Shown in pieces: positions 28,713 to 39,378 of a stretch of 58,371 bases of DNA. The DNA is taken from NCBI GenBank assembly GCA_964395655.1, contig CAYNBB010000005.1, positions 1 to 58,371 on the forward strand. The letters are read 5' to 3'. Below the pieces are notes generated by a model. It was given only the letters and a program-made list of their open reading frames with translations. It searched no databases and had not been told where the DNA came from. How positions within the stretch are numbered: the first letter of the stretch is position 1; the number at the start of each line of letters is the position of its first letter. Made by a program: the position numbers and the translations under genes. This DNA is from an uncultured Azospirillaceae bacterium. Lineage in GTDB: Bacteria > Pseudomonadota > Alphaproteobacteria > RF32 > CAG-239.

Positions 28713-31383
28713 CAATATCTTCAAAATCCTTTTCGTTCAGAAGTTCGGGCAGTACCATGCCGTCGGGCACGCGCATTGAAAACAAAACGTAAAACGGCAA
28801 CCCCTTGCGACCGTATTTTTCCATAAAGGCCAGAATATCCGCATCATAGCGGCTCCAATCGATTTCAATCGGAACAATATTGTATTTGTGGTACATTTCT
28901 TCGGAAAAAGGCGTATTCAAAACCATCGCGTCATTATAATGACAGGTCAGACACCAATCGGCGCCTATTTTCAGCAAAACGATGTTTCCGCTGCGTACCA
29001 ATTCGTCGATCTGCCGTCGATCAATCTTTTCGCCGACCAGCATCTTTTTGACGTGATCCTGCCGCTCGACGGCACTTTTGGCATCGGTCATTCCCCAGGC
29101 GATGACGGCAGTCAGCACAATAAGCGTTATCAGATTAAAAGCGCGGCGGATTGTCAGAAAAACCTGCGGATCGTCTTCCTGCCGTTCAAGCTCTTCAATC
29201 AGTACCTTGCGAATAAACAAAACCAGCCAGAGCGCCGAAATAAACAGAAGGCAATGCCACAAGAGCGCAGCGCCGCCCTGAGCTGCCAGCAACGAAAGCA
29301 GCCAACCCAGCGTCAACAGCAGCATAGCGTAAACGGCTGTATTGAACCATGTCATCCATTTGCCGGGTTTGGGCACATAATAAGCCAGATCCGGCACCAG
29401 AGCAACCAGAATATACGGAGTTGCCAAACCAAGCCCGACCATGCCGACGACAATGATAATGTCGCTGACGGAACCTGCCAGCGCGAATCCGATTGCGGTT
29501 CCCAGATACGGTGCGGTACACGGCGTGGACAACAGAACCAGAAACATCCCGGTAAAGAACTGAACTGCTTTTTCGCCGCGGTCGCGCCTGTTTGCCAACT
29601 TCTGAACAAAATCCGGCACGCGGAGATTAACCAGCCCCATAACCTGCGCCAGAAACAACGCAATAACAAACGTCATAAAACTGATAAACCAGATGCTCTG
29701 AAACTGCATTCCCCAACCGAGAGCGTAGCCGAGCTGCTTCAACGCAATCAAAATTCCGATTAATCCGGCAAAAGAACAAAAGATACCAAGCAAATTATAA
29801 ATGAAGTCTCGACGGATGCGTTCCGGCTTGACGGCTCCGAAACGCGTGAAAGAAAGAATCTTGAGCGAAAGAACCGGAAAAACGCAAGGCATAAAGTTAA
29901 GAAACAAACCTCCGACAAAAGCAAACCAGACAATCATCAGGCTGAGACGAGGACTCTCCGCGTCAAACAACGACGGTTTTTCAACAGTCACCTGCTGCCG
30001 CAGAACCACCTGCGGAGAAGCCGCCGCCAAAATACCGATCCGTCGTCCGACATAATCAGCCTCAGCATTCAGCGCCAGGAATCTGGCAATGATCCGCCGG
30101 CCGTCTATTTTAATCAGCGGCGGGGCAAATTCCGATGCTTCCCCCCCTTCGACGAAGACATCCACCCGCGACGGTTTTTCCGCAGTTTCAAGTTCCAGAC
30201 GCAAAACCTGCCTGTTTTCCGCATCCTTCTCCGCGACAAAAGAAGTTATCCTGATGTCATCGCGGGAAGACTGCGGATAATAAGGACTGATGAGTCGCAA
30301 GAACGACGCGACTGAAGATTCTGCATCCGATTCCGTACCGGCGGCAATCTCCAATTGCGGTTTCAGAACGACGAAAGAACATTTGTCATCACAACAAAGG
30401 TCGGCTGAAATCTCGACGATCAGACTGAAAGGCTGCGCAACATCCCTCACCCGGGCAGAAAACGGAATCGTCACCGTCCCGATATATCCAGCCAGACTGT
30501 CGTGACCGACAAAAAAGCGATACGGCAGCGGCATGTTGAAATTAACGTCTCCGAGATTGGCGCTTTGCGCGATTTTCATTTGCAACGGCCGATACCCTTT
30601 ATATTCCTGCTGCAGGATAAAACTCCGGTCGGGAATTTGTATCTGAACGGCGCCGCGTACTTCTTCTTGTCCGTTAACGACTTTAAGAGAATTAACGATC
30701 CGCGCGCGCAGTTTTTGTCCGTCGCCGTTCCATTCGCCGATTCCGCGCATGTCATCCAGCACGTTTTTACCGTCAAACAGACCATAGGTAAAAACGGTCT
30801 TCCAATCACGTTTGAGCAAAGCCTGCTTCATTTTTTGCATGGTATCTTCCGAATTGGAAAGACCGGCATCGCGCGCCAGTTTGGCGGTTGCGGCGGCCTG
30901 CTCCCGCGGATTGTCCGAATAGGCGATAATTTTTTTGAAATCTTTGATGACCAAAGCCTTGCCCGCTTCGGAAGAGGGACGATAAATCTCCTCATCTCCG
31001 AATTCGTACTGATCATCTGCGGCAACCAGCGCAACTTCCTGTTTGAGCAGGAACTCTTGCAACTGATCTTTGAGCCGGTTGTACATGCGGCGCACTTTGA
31101 CGGTTTTACGCAGAAAACTTTCGCGCAAAGCCGAGCTTTCTTCGGCATATTCGGGATGCCGTTCAATCACGTCGTCAACAAAATCTTCTTCAATCAGGGA
31201 ACCTGTGTATTTTTTATCGAAGAAATCAACATCCTGCCAGTATTTATCATATTCTTCGCGCAGATTATAAGCTTTTTCCTCTTCCTGCAAATCAAGGATA
31301 ACCCTTCCGCCTTCCTCGGCATACACAGGCGCGCAAACAAACAGAAATAAACATGACAATAAAATTTTCAAGGAGCCGGACAT
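28693..31383 (-). CDS. dsbD: DsbD/ScsB-like thiol:disulfide interchange protein with N-terminal extension
   Basis: Signal peptide, [24 protein letters not shown], thioredoxin [15 protein letters not shown]. Confidence 0.88.
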   Translation of the reverse strand: MSGSLKILLSCLFLFVCAPVYAEEGGRVILDLQEEEKAYNLREEYDKYWQDVDFFDKKYTGSLIEEDFVDDVIERHPEYAEESSALRESFLRKTVKVRRMYNRLKDQLQEFLLKQEVALVAADDQYEFGDEEIYRPSSEAGKALVIKDFKKIIAYSDNPREQAAATAKLARDAGLSNSEDTMQKMKQALLKRDWKTVFTYGLFDGKNVLDDMRGIGEWNGDGQKLRARIVNSLKVVNGQEEVRGAVQIQIPDRSFILQQEYKGYRPLQMKIAQSANLGDVNFNMPLPYRFFVGHDSLAGYIGTVTIPFSARVRDVAQPFSLIVEISADLCCDDKCSFVVLKPQLEIAAGTESDAESSVASFLRLISPYYPQSSRDDIRITSFVAEKDAENRQVLRLELETAEKPSRVDVFVEGGEASEFAPPLIKIDGRRIIARFLALNAEADYVGRRIGILAAASPQVVLRQQVTVEKPSLFDAESPRLSLMIVWFAFVGGLFLNFMPCVFPVLSLKILSFTRFGAVKPERIRRDFIYNLLGIFCSFAGLIGILIALKQLGYALGWGMQFQSIWFISFMTFVIALFLAQVMGLVNLRVPDFVQKLANRRDRGEKAVQFFTGMFLVLLSTPCTAPYLGTAIGFALAGSVSDIIIVVGMVGLGLATPYILVALVPDLAYYVPKPGKWMTWFNTAVYAMLLLTLGWLLSLLAAQGGAALLWHCLLFISALWLVLFIRKVLIEELERQEDDPQVFLTIRRAFNLITLIVLTAVIAWGMTDAKSAVERQDHVKKMLVGEKIDRRQIDELVRSGNIVLLKIGADWCLTCHYNDAMVLNTPFSEEMYHKYNIVPIEIDWSRYDADILAFMEKYGRKGLPFYVLFSMRVPDGMVLPELLNEKDFEDIVRNQAY

Positions 31384-31459
31384 CAGATAAATCTTCGCAC
31401 AAGTTTGAAATTTTGTTATTAAGTTACGATATAATATGCTAGAATACAAGCATGAATAG

Positions 31460-32047
31460 TTGAAAACGGTATATGATATGAATAACGATCAAATTAAATA
31501 TCTGAAGGGAAGCTGCCTGATTGCCGGCCCCGGTATGGAAGACGAGACCTTCAAAAATACGCTTATTTATCTTTGCGCTCATTCCGCGCAGGGCGCCATG
31601 GGCTTCGTCATTAACCGAAAAATAGTCGAATATTCTTTTATCGACCTGGCTATGCAACTGCCGATAAATTTCGGCCCGGCAATTCCGCCGCTGGCTTTGT
31701 ATCATGGCGGTCCGGTCGACAAAATACGCGGGTTTGTTCTGCATTCGACCGATTATCTGCCGGAGGGTTGCGTGGAGACCGGCGGCGGAATCGCAATTTC
31801 TTCTTCAATTGACGTCCTGGCTGATATTGCCCGGGGGTTCGGCCCGCGCGAATCGCTTATAGCCATGGGGTATGCCAACTGGACGCCCGGACAGCTGGAA
31901 AAGGAAATTATTGCCAATGACTGGCTGGTTGTTCCCGCCTCCGAAGAACTTGTCTTTAAAACCAAAGATGAAGAAAAACGGCAAAGAGCGCTCGACGAAC
32001 TCAAAATCGACGTCAACCGACTCAGCTTTTTTTCCGGCCGCGCATAG
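31460..32047 (+). CDS. YqgE/AlgH family protein
   Basis: LCAH...GAMGFVINR, GGPV..RGFVLH, GYANW.PGQLE.EI..NDWL; alternative start 31478. Confidence 0.95.
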   Translation: MKTVYDMNNDQIKYLKGSCLIAGPGMEDETFKNTLIYLCAHSAQGAMGFVINRKIVEYSFIDLAMQLPINFGPAIPPLALYHGGPVDKIRGFVLHSTDYLPEGCVETGGGIAISSSIDVLADIARGFGPRESLIAMGYANWTPGQLEKEIIANDWLVVPASEELVFKTKDEEKRQRALDELKIDVNRLSFFSGRA

Positions 32048-32177
32048 GCAAGCTATTCGATTGGTGTACGCATTTTTCGTGCGGCATGTACGTAAAATAT
32101 GCTCTTTTCAAGCCTTGGTTACGTTATTATACTCTCTGTTGTCGATGATTTTAATGAAAACAACGGAGAAATATATT

Positions 32178-32387
32178 ATGGCAAGAAGAAATCCCACAAT
32201 GCTTTATGATGTCGCAAGAGACGATCTTTCCATCGTCCGCAATATATACGCCAGCTTTGAGGCTCTTGAAGAAACTCTCGGTACGCTTAAACTTGAAGAA
32301 CCTTTATTTATGACTTACGCGGCAAAAAAATCCTTTGCCCGGATTATGATGAAAACAGCTCGCAGAAACCATAACCTCAAAAACTAA
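32178..32387 (+). CDS. Small hypothetical protein (69 aa)
   Basis: GGAG SD upstream of ATG (MARRNPTMLYDV...); occupies the yqgE-ctrA gap. Confidence 0.55.
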   Translation: MARRNPTMLYDVARDDLSIVRNIYASFEALEETLGTLKLEEPLFMTYAAKKSFARIMMKTARRNHNLKN

Positions 32388-32542
32388 ATCGGAATACCGA
32401 ACCGGTTCTCTCTTTCGGCAGAGCAAAACAACGCCCGAATATCGAAAACATTTTGCTGCTTATGTATTTTGTTCATTGTAAAAACACGCCTTGAGACCTA
32501 AAAAAGTTCAAGAAGCAGGTCATAAGCATCTTTATAAGCTTT

Positions 32543-33232
32543 CTATTTCTTTATCTCGTCCGGATCGACCAAAACGTACCCGCGTCCCCAGACGGTTTCG
32601 ATATAATTCTTACCGCCGGAGGCTTTCTCAAGCTTCTTGCGAAGCTTACAGATAAACACGTCAATAATCTTGAGCTCGGGCTCGTCGATTCCGCCATAGA
32701 GGTGGTTCAAAAACTGGTCTTTGTTCAAGGTTGAGCCTTTGCGCAGCGAAAGGAGCTCCATAATTCCGTATTCTTTGCCGGTCAGGTGCAGAGCCTTGCC
32801 GCAGACGGTTACGGTCTGGTTGTCAAGATTAACCTCAACGTCGCCGGTCTTAATCACGGAGTTGGAATGCCCTTTGGAGCGGCGGACAACGGCCTGAATC
32901 CGAGCCAGCAACTCGGCTTTGTCAAACGGTTTGGTCAGATAATCGTCGGCGCCGTAGCCCAGTCCTTTGACCTTTTTGTCCGGTTCGCTCAAACCGGAAA
33001 GAATCAGCACCGGCGTGTTAACCTTGGAAGCGCGGAGATTTTTGAGCACTTCATAACCGTTCATGTCCGGCAGCATCAAATCCAAAATGATGATATCATA
33101 ATCATAAAGTTTTCCGATTTCCAAGCCGTCTTCGCCCAGATCGGTCGTATCAACAATCATCCCCTCCTTTTTGAGCATGGTTTCGATACTTTGAGAAATG
33201 GCATAATCGTCTTCAACCAGCAGCACACGCAT
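32543..33232 (-). CDS. ctrA: Cell-cycle response regulator CtrA
   Basis: [59 protein letters not shown]. Confidence 0.98.
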   Translation of the reverse strand: MRVLLVEDDYAISQSIETMLKKEGMIVDTTDLGEDGLEIGKLYDYDIIILDLMLPDMNGYEVLKNLRASKVNTPVLILSGLSEPDKKVKGLGYGADDYLTKPFDKAELLARIQAVVRRSKGHSNSVIKTGDVEVNLDNQTVTVCGKALHLTGKEYGIMELLSLRKGSTLNKDQFLNHLYGGIDEPELKIIDVFICKLRKKLEKASGGKNYIETVWGRGYVLVDPDEIKK

Positions 33233-33320
33233 GTCAAATATTCCTTCCACACAAACTGTTTTTGTCCGATATTGCTATCATAGTCCGTTATTTTTTATTT
33301 GTTAACTTTTTTGACAAGGC

Positions 33321-33338
33321 TGTTAATAATTATTAACA
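33321..33338. promoter_or_regulatory. Perfect 18-bp palindrome with TTAA-N6-TTAAC (CtrA-like site)
   Basis: TGTTAATAATTATTAACA in the divergent ctrA/fliI gap. Confidence 0.55.
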
Positions 33339-33412
33339 TTTGATGTTGATAACCGCAAAAATGGCTGAAAATTAAGTATAAACATGTATATTATAAAAAT
33401 CGACGCAACAGA

Positions 33413-34768
33413 TTGAAGGACAATAAATTGGGCGCTTATCTCGAAAACATTCTGCAGGAAATCAACAAAATGGACACTGCCGCCTATTTCGGCAAAGTTA
33501 CCGGCGTGCAGGGACTGTTTATCGAGGCAGGCGGGCTTCTTGCCAAGCTGGCTGTCGGAGACCGCTGCAGCGTTGTCAACAACAACGGGCGCAAAGTTCC
33601 GTGCGAAGTCGTCGGTTTTAAGGAAGACAAAATTCTGCTCATGCCCTACGCCTCAATGGAAGGCATCGGCCCGGGCTGCCCGGTCGAAGCGGACGACGCC
33701 TGCCCGGTCATTTATCCGCATCCGTCGTGGCTCGGCCGCATTATCAACGCTTTCGGTGAGGCAATTGACGGCAAAGGTCCTCTTATCAAAGGCAGCAAGC
33801 CCTATTTTATCAAATGTTCGCCGCCGCCGGCACAGTTTCGCGACCGCGTCAAAGGCAAAGTTGACCTGGGCGTGAAGGCCGTCAACACCTTTCTGACCAT
33901 CTGCAAAGGTCAGCGCATGGGTATTTTTGCAGGTTCCGGCGTCGGAAAATCGACCCTGATGTCGATGATGGCGCGGCATACCGATTCCGACGTGTCGGTT
34001 ATCGGCCTTATCGGCGAACGCGGCCGCGAAGCAAAAGAATTTGTGGAGGACGTTCTGGGCGCCGACGGTCTGGCCAAATCGGTTCTGGTGCTTGCAACCT
34101 CCGACGAAAGCCCGCTGCTACGTCGGCAGGCCGCTTATGTGACGATGGCAGTGGCCGAATTTTTTCGCGACGAGAACAAAGACGTTTTGTGCATGATGGA
34201 TTCGATTACGCGTTTTGCCATGGCGCAGCGCGAGATTGCCCTTTCTGTCGGTGAACCGCCGGCTTCCAAAGGCTATACGCCCAGCGTTTTTTCCGAATTG
34301 CCCAAGCTTCTGGAACGCGCCGGCCCCGGTTCGGGAAACGGCACGATTACCGGCCTGTTTACGGTGCTGGTGGACGGCGACGACCACAACGAGCCGGTGG
34401 CCGATGCCGTGCGTTCCATTCTTGACGGCCACATTGTGCTTGATCGTGCAATTGCCGAGCGCAACCGTTATCCGGCAATCAATATTCTGCGTTCAATTTC
34501 GCGTACCATGCCCGATTGCGACACCAAGGAAGAATACGAACTTGTCGCCAAGGCACGCAAATACATCGCCGCCTATGAGGACATGGCGGAATTGATTCGT
34601 CTGGGCGCTTACAAAAAAGGCTCTAACCGCGAAGTCGACGAGGCAATCTTTTATTATCCCAAAATCGAGGCCTTTTTGGCGCAGGGCAAGCAGGAACGTT
34701 TCAGCCTTGAAGAGTGCTATGAGAGCCTCGGCAACATCCTGGCGATTCCGTTCTCTCCGGAGGCGTAG
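33413..34768 (+). CDS. fliI: Flagellar export ATPase FliI
   Basis: GQRMGIFAGSGVGKS, IGERGRE, MDSITRFAMAQRE, LDGHIVLDR; divergent from ctrA as usual in alphaproteobacteria. Confidence 0.95.
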   Translation: MKDNKLGAYLENILQEINKMDTAAYFGKVTGVQGLFIEAGGLLAKLAVGDRCSVVNNNGRKVPCEVVGFKEDKILLMPYASMEGIGPGCPVEADDACPVIYPHPSWLGRIINAFGEAIDGKGPLIKGSKPYFIKCSPPPAQFRDRVKGKVDLGVKAVNTFLTICKGQRMGIFAGSGVGKSTLMSMMARHTDSDVSVIGLIGERGREAKEFVEDVLGADGLAKSVLVLATSDESPLLRRQAAYVTMAVAEFFRDENKDVLCMMDSITRFAMAQREIALSVGEPPASKGYTPSVFSELPKLLERAGPGSGNGTITGLFTVLVDGDDHNEPVADAVRSILDGHIVLDRAIAERNRYPAINILRSISRTMPDCDTKEEYELVAKARKYIAAYEDMAELIRLGAYKKGSNREVDEAIFYYPKIEAFLAQGKQERFSLEECYESLGNILAIPFSPEA

Positions 34769-34776
34769 CGTCTTAA

Positions 34777-35199
34777 ATGACAAAGTCTCTCAAAACACTT
34801 ACCCGGATCAAAAAGTTTGACATTGACAAACAACGCAAACTTCTGGTCGAACAGCAGGAAGCGGAAGAGCGTACGTTGCAAGAACTCGGACTGCTTAACC
34901 GCAAATATGAAGACGAAAAAAAGTTTGCTCAGGAAAATCCGCTGCTGTGCGGCGACTTCGGCCTTTATACGAAACAGTATCTGAAACTCCGCACCGAGCT
35001 TGAAACAAAGCTGAACGGCATCCACCGCCGGATTGAGGAAATCCGCGACATTATCGCCGACATGTTCAAAGAACAAAAAACCTATGAAATTATCGACAAG
35101 CAGCGTTCCAGACAGGAGCAAAGAGAACTCGCGGAAAAAGAACAGAAACAGCTTGATGAAATCGGCACGAATTCTTATATTAAACATCACAAGGAATAA
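34777..35199 (+). CDS. fliJ: Flagellar export protein FliJ
   Basis: 140 aa coiled coil right after fliI; LKTL.RI.KF.ID..R start and EQKQLDEIG end. Confidence 0.85.
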   Translation: MTKSLKTLTRIKKFDIDKQRKLLVEQQEAEERTLQELGLLNRKYEDEKKFAQENPLLCGDFGLYTKQYLKLRTELETKLNGIHRRIEEIRDIIADMFKEQKTYEIIDKQRSRQEQRELAEKEQKQLDEIGTNSYIKHHKE

Positions 35200-35232
35200 A
35201 TCCCGTTTTTTTGTTTCACAAGGAGAAATTTT

Positions 35233-35808
35233 ATGTTTGAAGTCAAAGAACTGCCTTATGAAATGCGTGACCTTGAACCTTATGTCTCGGAGAGGACGCT
35301 GTCTTTCCACTACGGCAAGCATTACCCTAATTACGTTAATACCCTGAACAAGTTGATTGACGGCACCGAATATGCCGAGATGCCGTTGGAAAAAATTCTC
35401 AGCGTCACTTACGGCAAGGCCGACAAACAAGCGATTTTCAATAATGCCGGACAGGTTTGGAACCATGAGTTCCTGTGGAATTCGATGTCTCCGTTCGGCG
35501 GAGCGCCCAAAGGCGCTTTGCTTGACAAAATAACCAAACAATACGGTTCGTACGACGAATTCAAAAAACAGCTCAAAGACGCGGCCGTCGGACAATTCGG
35601 CAGCGGCTGGGTCTGGGTGTACGAACAAAACGGCGCCATTAGGATCATGACCACCGCCAACGGCGACTCGCCTATTGCCCGCGGCATCAATCCGCTGCTT
35701 ACCATCGACGTCTGGGAGCATGCCTATTATCTTGACTATCAGAATCGCCGCGCCGAGCATGTCGAAAACTTTATCGAACATCTGGCCAACTGGCCGGAAC
35801 TGGCCTGA
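35233..35808 (+). CDS. sodB: Superoxide dismutase, probably Fe type
   Basis: LPY...LEPY.S, HYGKH, FNNAGQVWNH, FGSGW.W, DVWEHAYY. Confidence 0.93.
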   Translation: MFEVKELPYEMRDLEPYVSERTLSFHYGKHYPNYVNTLNKLIDGTEYAEMPLEKILSVTYGKADKQAIFNNAGQVWNHEFLWNSMSPFGGAPKGALLDKITKQYGSYDEFKKQLKDAAVGQFGSGWVWVYEQNGAIRIMTTANGDSPIARGINPLLTIDVWEHAYYLDYQNRRAEHVENFIEHLANWPELA

Positions 35809-35823
35809 GTGCCGTTCGCGAGC

Positions 35824-35850
35824 AAAACCGCCGGGATTCCGGCGGTTTTT
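35824..35850. terminator. Bidirectional intrinsic terminator
   Basis: AAAACCGCCGG-GATT-CCGGCGGTTTTT between convergent genes. Confidence 0.85.
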
Positions 35851-35917
35851 GTTTCTGCGTCCGTTTCAAAAAAAAGCATAATGCTCTTATTTTCAGATAC
35901 GCCCCGACATTTTTTTC

Positions 35918-36901
35918 TCATAAGAAAAAACAAATCGAAAAAACAGACAACAGAACAATTCCGCCCAACAGCAGAAACTTCTTCTTCCTCTTTTTTTTAC
36001 CGCATATCAATTTTTCTTTAAGCGAAGCAACAACGTTTTGATATTCAACAGGAAATTTTTGGGCAAGCTTTTGAATAACATCTGTTCTTTTATCTTCCAG
36101 ACCTGCTAAAAAAATTCGGATAAAAACTTTTTTGATTCTGCCTGATTGGCACACGTTAAAATAATTTTCCATGGCTTTGAAAAAAGCAATATTAGCAACG
36201 CCATGACGTAAATAAAAACTGTTGTTTTGACCAGCCTGCCACCAAATCCCGTTTTGGTGCTTGCGGTAAACAGCCATAACATCGGGCAGCATGGCTATTT
36301 TGCCGACTTCGGCATGCAACAGGTGCAGAAACCAGTCGCTCGGTAAGATGCCGTTCGGTATCAGTTCCGAACTGTCTTGATGAAAACGCCAGCGATAGAC
36401 AACGGAATTGGTCTGAATAAAATTCTGTTTAAGCAAAGACTTGAGATTCATTGCGCCGACATGCGCCAGCAATTTCCGGTCAGGGAAAACAGAATCCGGT
36501 TGCTCTCCCTTTTCCCATTTGACGGATACCGGATGGAAACAAAGGGAACAGTCCGGATGAGCATCCAAATAGTCAACCTGTTTTTGCAGCTTGTTTTGGT
36601 CTGTCCAATAGTCGTCTCCTTCGCATAAAGCAACATATTGTCCTCGGATAAGCGGATACACATATTCTTTGGTAATGTGCCGTCCTTTACTCCATTGGTT
36701 TTCGGTCTGATAAACAGGCTTGATAATATCCGGATATTTGGCGGCGTATTCGCGGATAATATCGGCAGTTCCGTCGATCGATGCATCGTCATGAACAATG
36801 ACCTCAAACGGAAAATCGGTCTTTTGCATAACAAAGCCGTCCAGCGCCTGCCTTATGAACGCCGCATGATTATAGGTCAGACAGACAACGGAAAGTTTCA
36901 T
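35918..36901 (-). CDS. Glycosyltransferase family 2 with C-terminal membrane anchor
   Basis: LSVVCLTYNH, VHDDAS.DGT, ALCEGDDYW, KLQKQV; basic run plus hydrophobic tail. Confidence 0.93.
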   Translation of the reverse strand: MKLSVVCLTYNHAAFIRQALDGFVMQKTDFPFEVIVHDDASIDGTADIIREYAAKYPDIIKPVYQTENQWSKGRHITKEYVYPLIRGQYVALCEGDDYWTDQNKLQKQVDYLDAHPDCSLCFHPVSVKWEKGEQPDSVFPDRKLLAHVGAMNLKSLLKQNFIQTNSVVYRWRFHQDSSELIPNGILPSDWFLHLLHAEVGKIAMLPDVMAVYRKHQNGIWWQAGQNNSFYLRHGVANIAFFKAMENYFNVCQSGRIKKVFIRIFLAGLEDKRTDVIQKLAQKFPVEYQNVVASLKEKLICGKKKRKKKFLLLGGIVLLSVFSICFFL

Positions 36902-38139
36902 TCCCATATAATACCTTTTACAATATCATCGTTTTGAATACATATTTTAAAATTATTTTTAATATTTTCTATATCATTCAATATATCTTCTAAACAGCTT
37001 GACGCCATTATAAAAGGTCCATAGCGGGAAGATTTATCTCGTATTTCAGAGGTAACCATTCCCGCTTTTATATTTGAGATAAACATATCTTTTATTGAAG
37101 ATAAACTTTTTATGCTATCAAATCCTTCTATAGATTTTATTGTGCCAGGAGGCAACAAAAAACATGTATATGCAGAATAACCGGTTTTTAATTTTATTGC
37201 TTGTTGATGAAACTGTCCTGAAATATATTTCACCAGCAAATCATTAACATCTATCCCGCTTGCATACGGCACCAAATGCGACGACACGAAACAACCACCT
37301 CCTCGCGCGGCAATTTCATTAAAATATATTTCGTTTCGATGATGATCATAGATGTATTCTCCTTGAGTGCTGGCAATTTTAGGAGAAAACGCGCGCACAA
37401 TCTCTCGGTTAATTTTTACAATGCTTTTTTCAACATCAGACAATTCTAATGCAACACTTTTAAATATACGTCGTTTAGAAATACATTTTCCACGAATATT
37501 AAAATTAAAGCATTTACCTATGGCGAGCGTTTGATATTTGCCATCCCAAGCAAAACCGTCTACTACATATTCCTGCCCTTCTATAAATTCTTCCACGACG
37601 ACAGTACCATCTGATGAAAATTTTCTTGCGTTATCAAAGTGTGTTGCCAGTTCATCATCTGAATAAACCTTATAAACTCCCCTTGAAGCATCGCTGTCAA
37701 CCGGCTTAATAATCACGGGATACTTTATTTGTTTAGCAAACTCCAAAGCATCAAAGAACTTATCCGTTTTATAGTTCTTTGCAACCTTAATTCCCTTTTT
37801 GCTTGCAAATTCACGCATAAGCTGTTTATTTGAAAACAAGAGCGCCGAACGGTAACTATTTCCAATCAACCCCAAATTTTCAGCGACATATCCACAACTT
37901 TGGGTTGCAAGATCCAATTGATCAGACAGGACAGCCACAACTTTTTCTTTACGCGCAATATCGAGTATCAGATTTTTATCTTTAACATCTCCATAATAGA
38001 ATTTATCTGCAAGCTCAAAACATGGCGAATTTTCTCTTTGAGGAGCGATTACAATAATTTGAAAACCATGTTTCCGACAGATTTGCAACAAGGGCTGCTG
38101 GCCTAAGCCGGCACCCAAGATCATTATTTTCTTAGTCAT
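36898..38139 (-). CDS. ATP-grasp domain ligase in glycan cluster
   Basis: ILGAG..Q, NKQLMR, PVIIKP.DS.ASRGV, VEEFIEG.EY, NEIAARGGG. Confidence 0.88.
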   Translation of the reverse strand: MTKKIMILGAGLGQQPLLQICRKHGFQIIVIAPQRENSPCFELADKFYYGDVKDKNLILDIARKEKVVAVLSDQLDLATQSCGYVAENLGLIGNSYRSALLFSNKQLMREFASKKGIKVAKNYKTDKFFDALEFAKQIKYPVIIKPVDSDASRGVYKVYSDDELATHFDNARKFSSDGTVVVEEFIEGQEYVVDGFAWDGKYQTLAIGKCFNFNIRGKCISKRRIFKSVALELSDVEKSIVKINREIVRAFSPKIASTQGEYIYDHHRNEIYFNEIAARGGGCFVSSHLVPYASGIDVNDLLVKYISGQFHQQAIKLKTGYSAYTCFLLPPGTIKSIEGFDSIKSLSSIKDMFISNIKAGMVTSEIRDKSSRYGPFIMASSCLEDILNDIENIKNNFKICIQNDDIVKGIIWE

Positions 38140-39361
38140 TAAATACCTTTTCCCAAAGTTCCATTTGATAATCAAAAGAAAATCTCTTGTTTAATATTTG
38201 AATATTTCGCTCAATATCCGTGTCTCTTTCTTGCAAAAATTCTTTAAATGATTGTTTTTTTATTGCTGTGACATCAAATACTTTTATTCCCATTTTCGAA
38301 AAACCGGAATACGTTGTTGTCGAAGATTTTACAAATATCTTCTTTCCAAGCAGCATCAAAGCGGATATATTGCCTACACCTTGCTGACGATTTTGGTTGG
38401 ATATGTATATATCGACAGATGATAAAAATTTGACATATTTTTGAGGGGATTGCCATTTCAGGATTGGTTTAAATTTATTTCCATAAATTTCCTTTCCTTT
38501 TTGGATGATTTGTTCTTTTACATTTGTTTGTCCGAATGTTTCATAGGATAAATTTGTTGTAATTATAATATTTTCATCCTTATACTTAGCTAAAACATCA
38601 AGCATCTCCAGAGTTGTTTCATCCGTAGAATTATTAATCATAATTTTGTATGGTTCATTTCTCTGATGCCTATATGCTCTTTTTATATATTGAGCAAGAG
38701 GATTGTTATAAACAATATCAAACGTTTTCTTATCGCCAAAACGCTTAATATATTCGCTTTTATCAAATGTCGTAATGATTCCGGCAATATTCTTCCGTAC
38801 TTCATTTTCTATTTCATTATCCGGTGCGGAGTACAAATCCCCACCCATAATTGCCCAATAGGTTATCGACAAAACTTCCGGATGACTATACAAATATTTG
38901 CTCAACCTCGGAGAGAATAAACCATAAACGATCACTCTCTTTGTTATTTCCGGATTGATTTTCAGTGTTGAAACATTTCCATAAAAAATATTATTTCCCC
39001 AAAGCTCGCCAGTTATTTTCTCGCTTGCACCGCTATTGAAAATAAAAGCATGTTCCGTCGGAGCAAAATGCCGGTTTAGCATTTTTACAATATTGGAGTT
39101 AATGATTGTTTTGTGCAAGATATGTATAAATTTATAATTAATCTCACCAAGATTTTGATTGTAATTGACAATCTTTTTTGCTTTTTTAAATATTGAAACT
39201 CCCAACAAATAATATCTTTCTATTTGTTTATCACCTTTGACTTTCTTTTTGGTGTGCCAAATGTATGACCATATTCTCTTGAACAAATTTTGACATACTT
39301 CAATAGATTTACCCGTAAAATTTTCATGATTATAAGCGGTAATAACAATGGAAAGTTTCAT
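38132..39361 (-). CDS. WecF-like (GT56) 4-amino-sugar glycosyltransferase
   Basis: WAIMGGDLY, INNS.D, LSY, Y.KFLSSVDI.I.N.NRQQGVGNI..L..LGKKIF. Confidence 0.8.
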   Translation of the reverse strand: MKLSIVITAYNHENFTGKSIEVCQNLFKRIWSYIWHTKKKVKGDKQIERYYLLGVSIFKKAKKIVNYNQNLGEINYKFIHILHKTIINSNIVKMLNRHFAPTEHAFIFNSGASEKITGELWGNNIFYGNVSTLKINPEITKRVIVYGLFSPRLSKYLYSHPEVLSITYWAIMGGDLYSAPDNEIENEVRKNIAGIITTFDKSEYIKRFGDKKTFDIVYNNPLAQYIKRAYRHQRNEPYKIMINNSTDETTLEMLDVLAKYKDENIIITTNLSYETFGQTNVKEQIIQKGKEIYGNKFKPILKWQSPQKYVKFLSSVDIYISNQNRQQGVGNISALMLLGKKIFVKSSTTTYSGFSKMGIKVFDVTAIKKQSFKEFLQERDTDIERNIQILNKRFSFDYQMELWEKVFND

Positions 39362-39378
39362 CTCTTCTCCCAATTTTC

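Noticed and set aside
35991-35998. T8 run near the GT2 3' end as a phase-variation tract
   Set aside because: Short, encodes part of a Lys-rich stretch, and similar runs occur elsewhere
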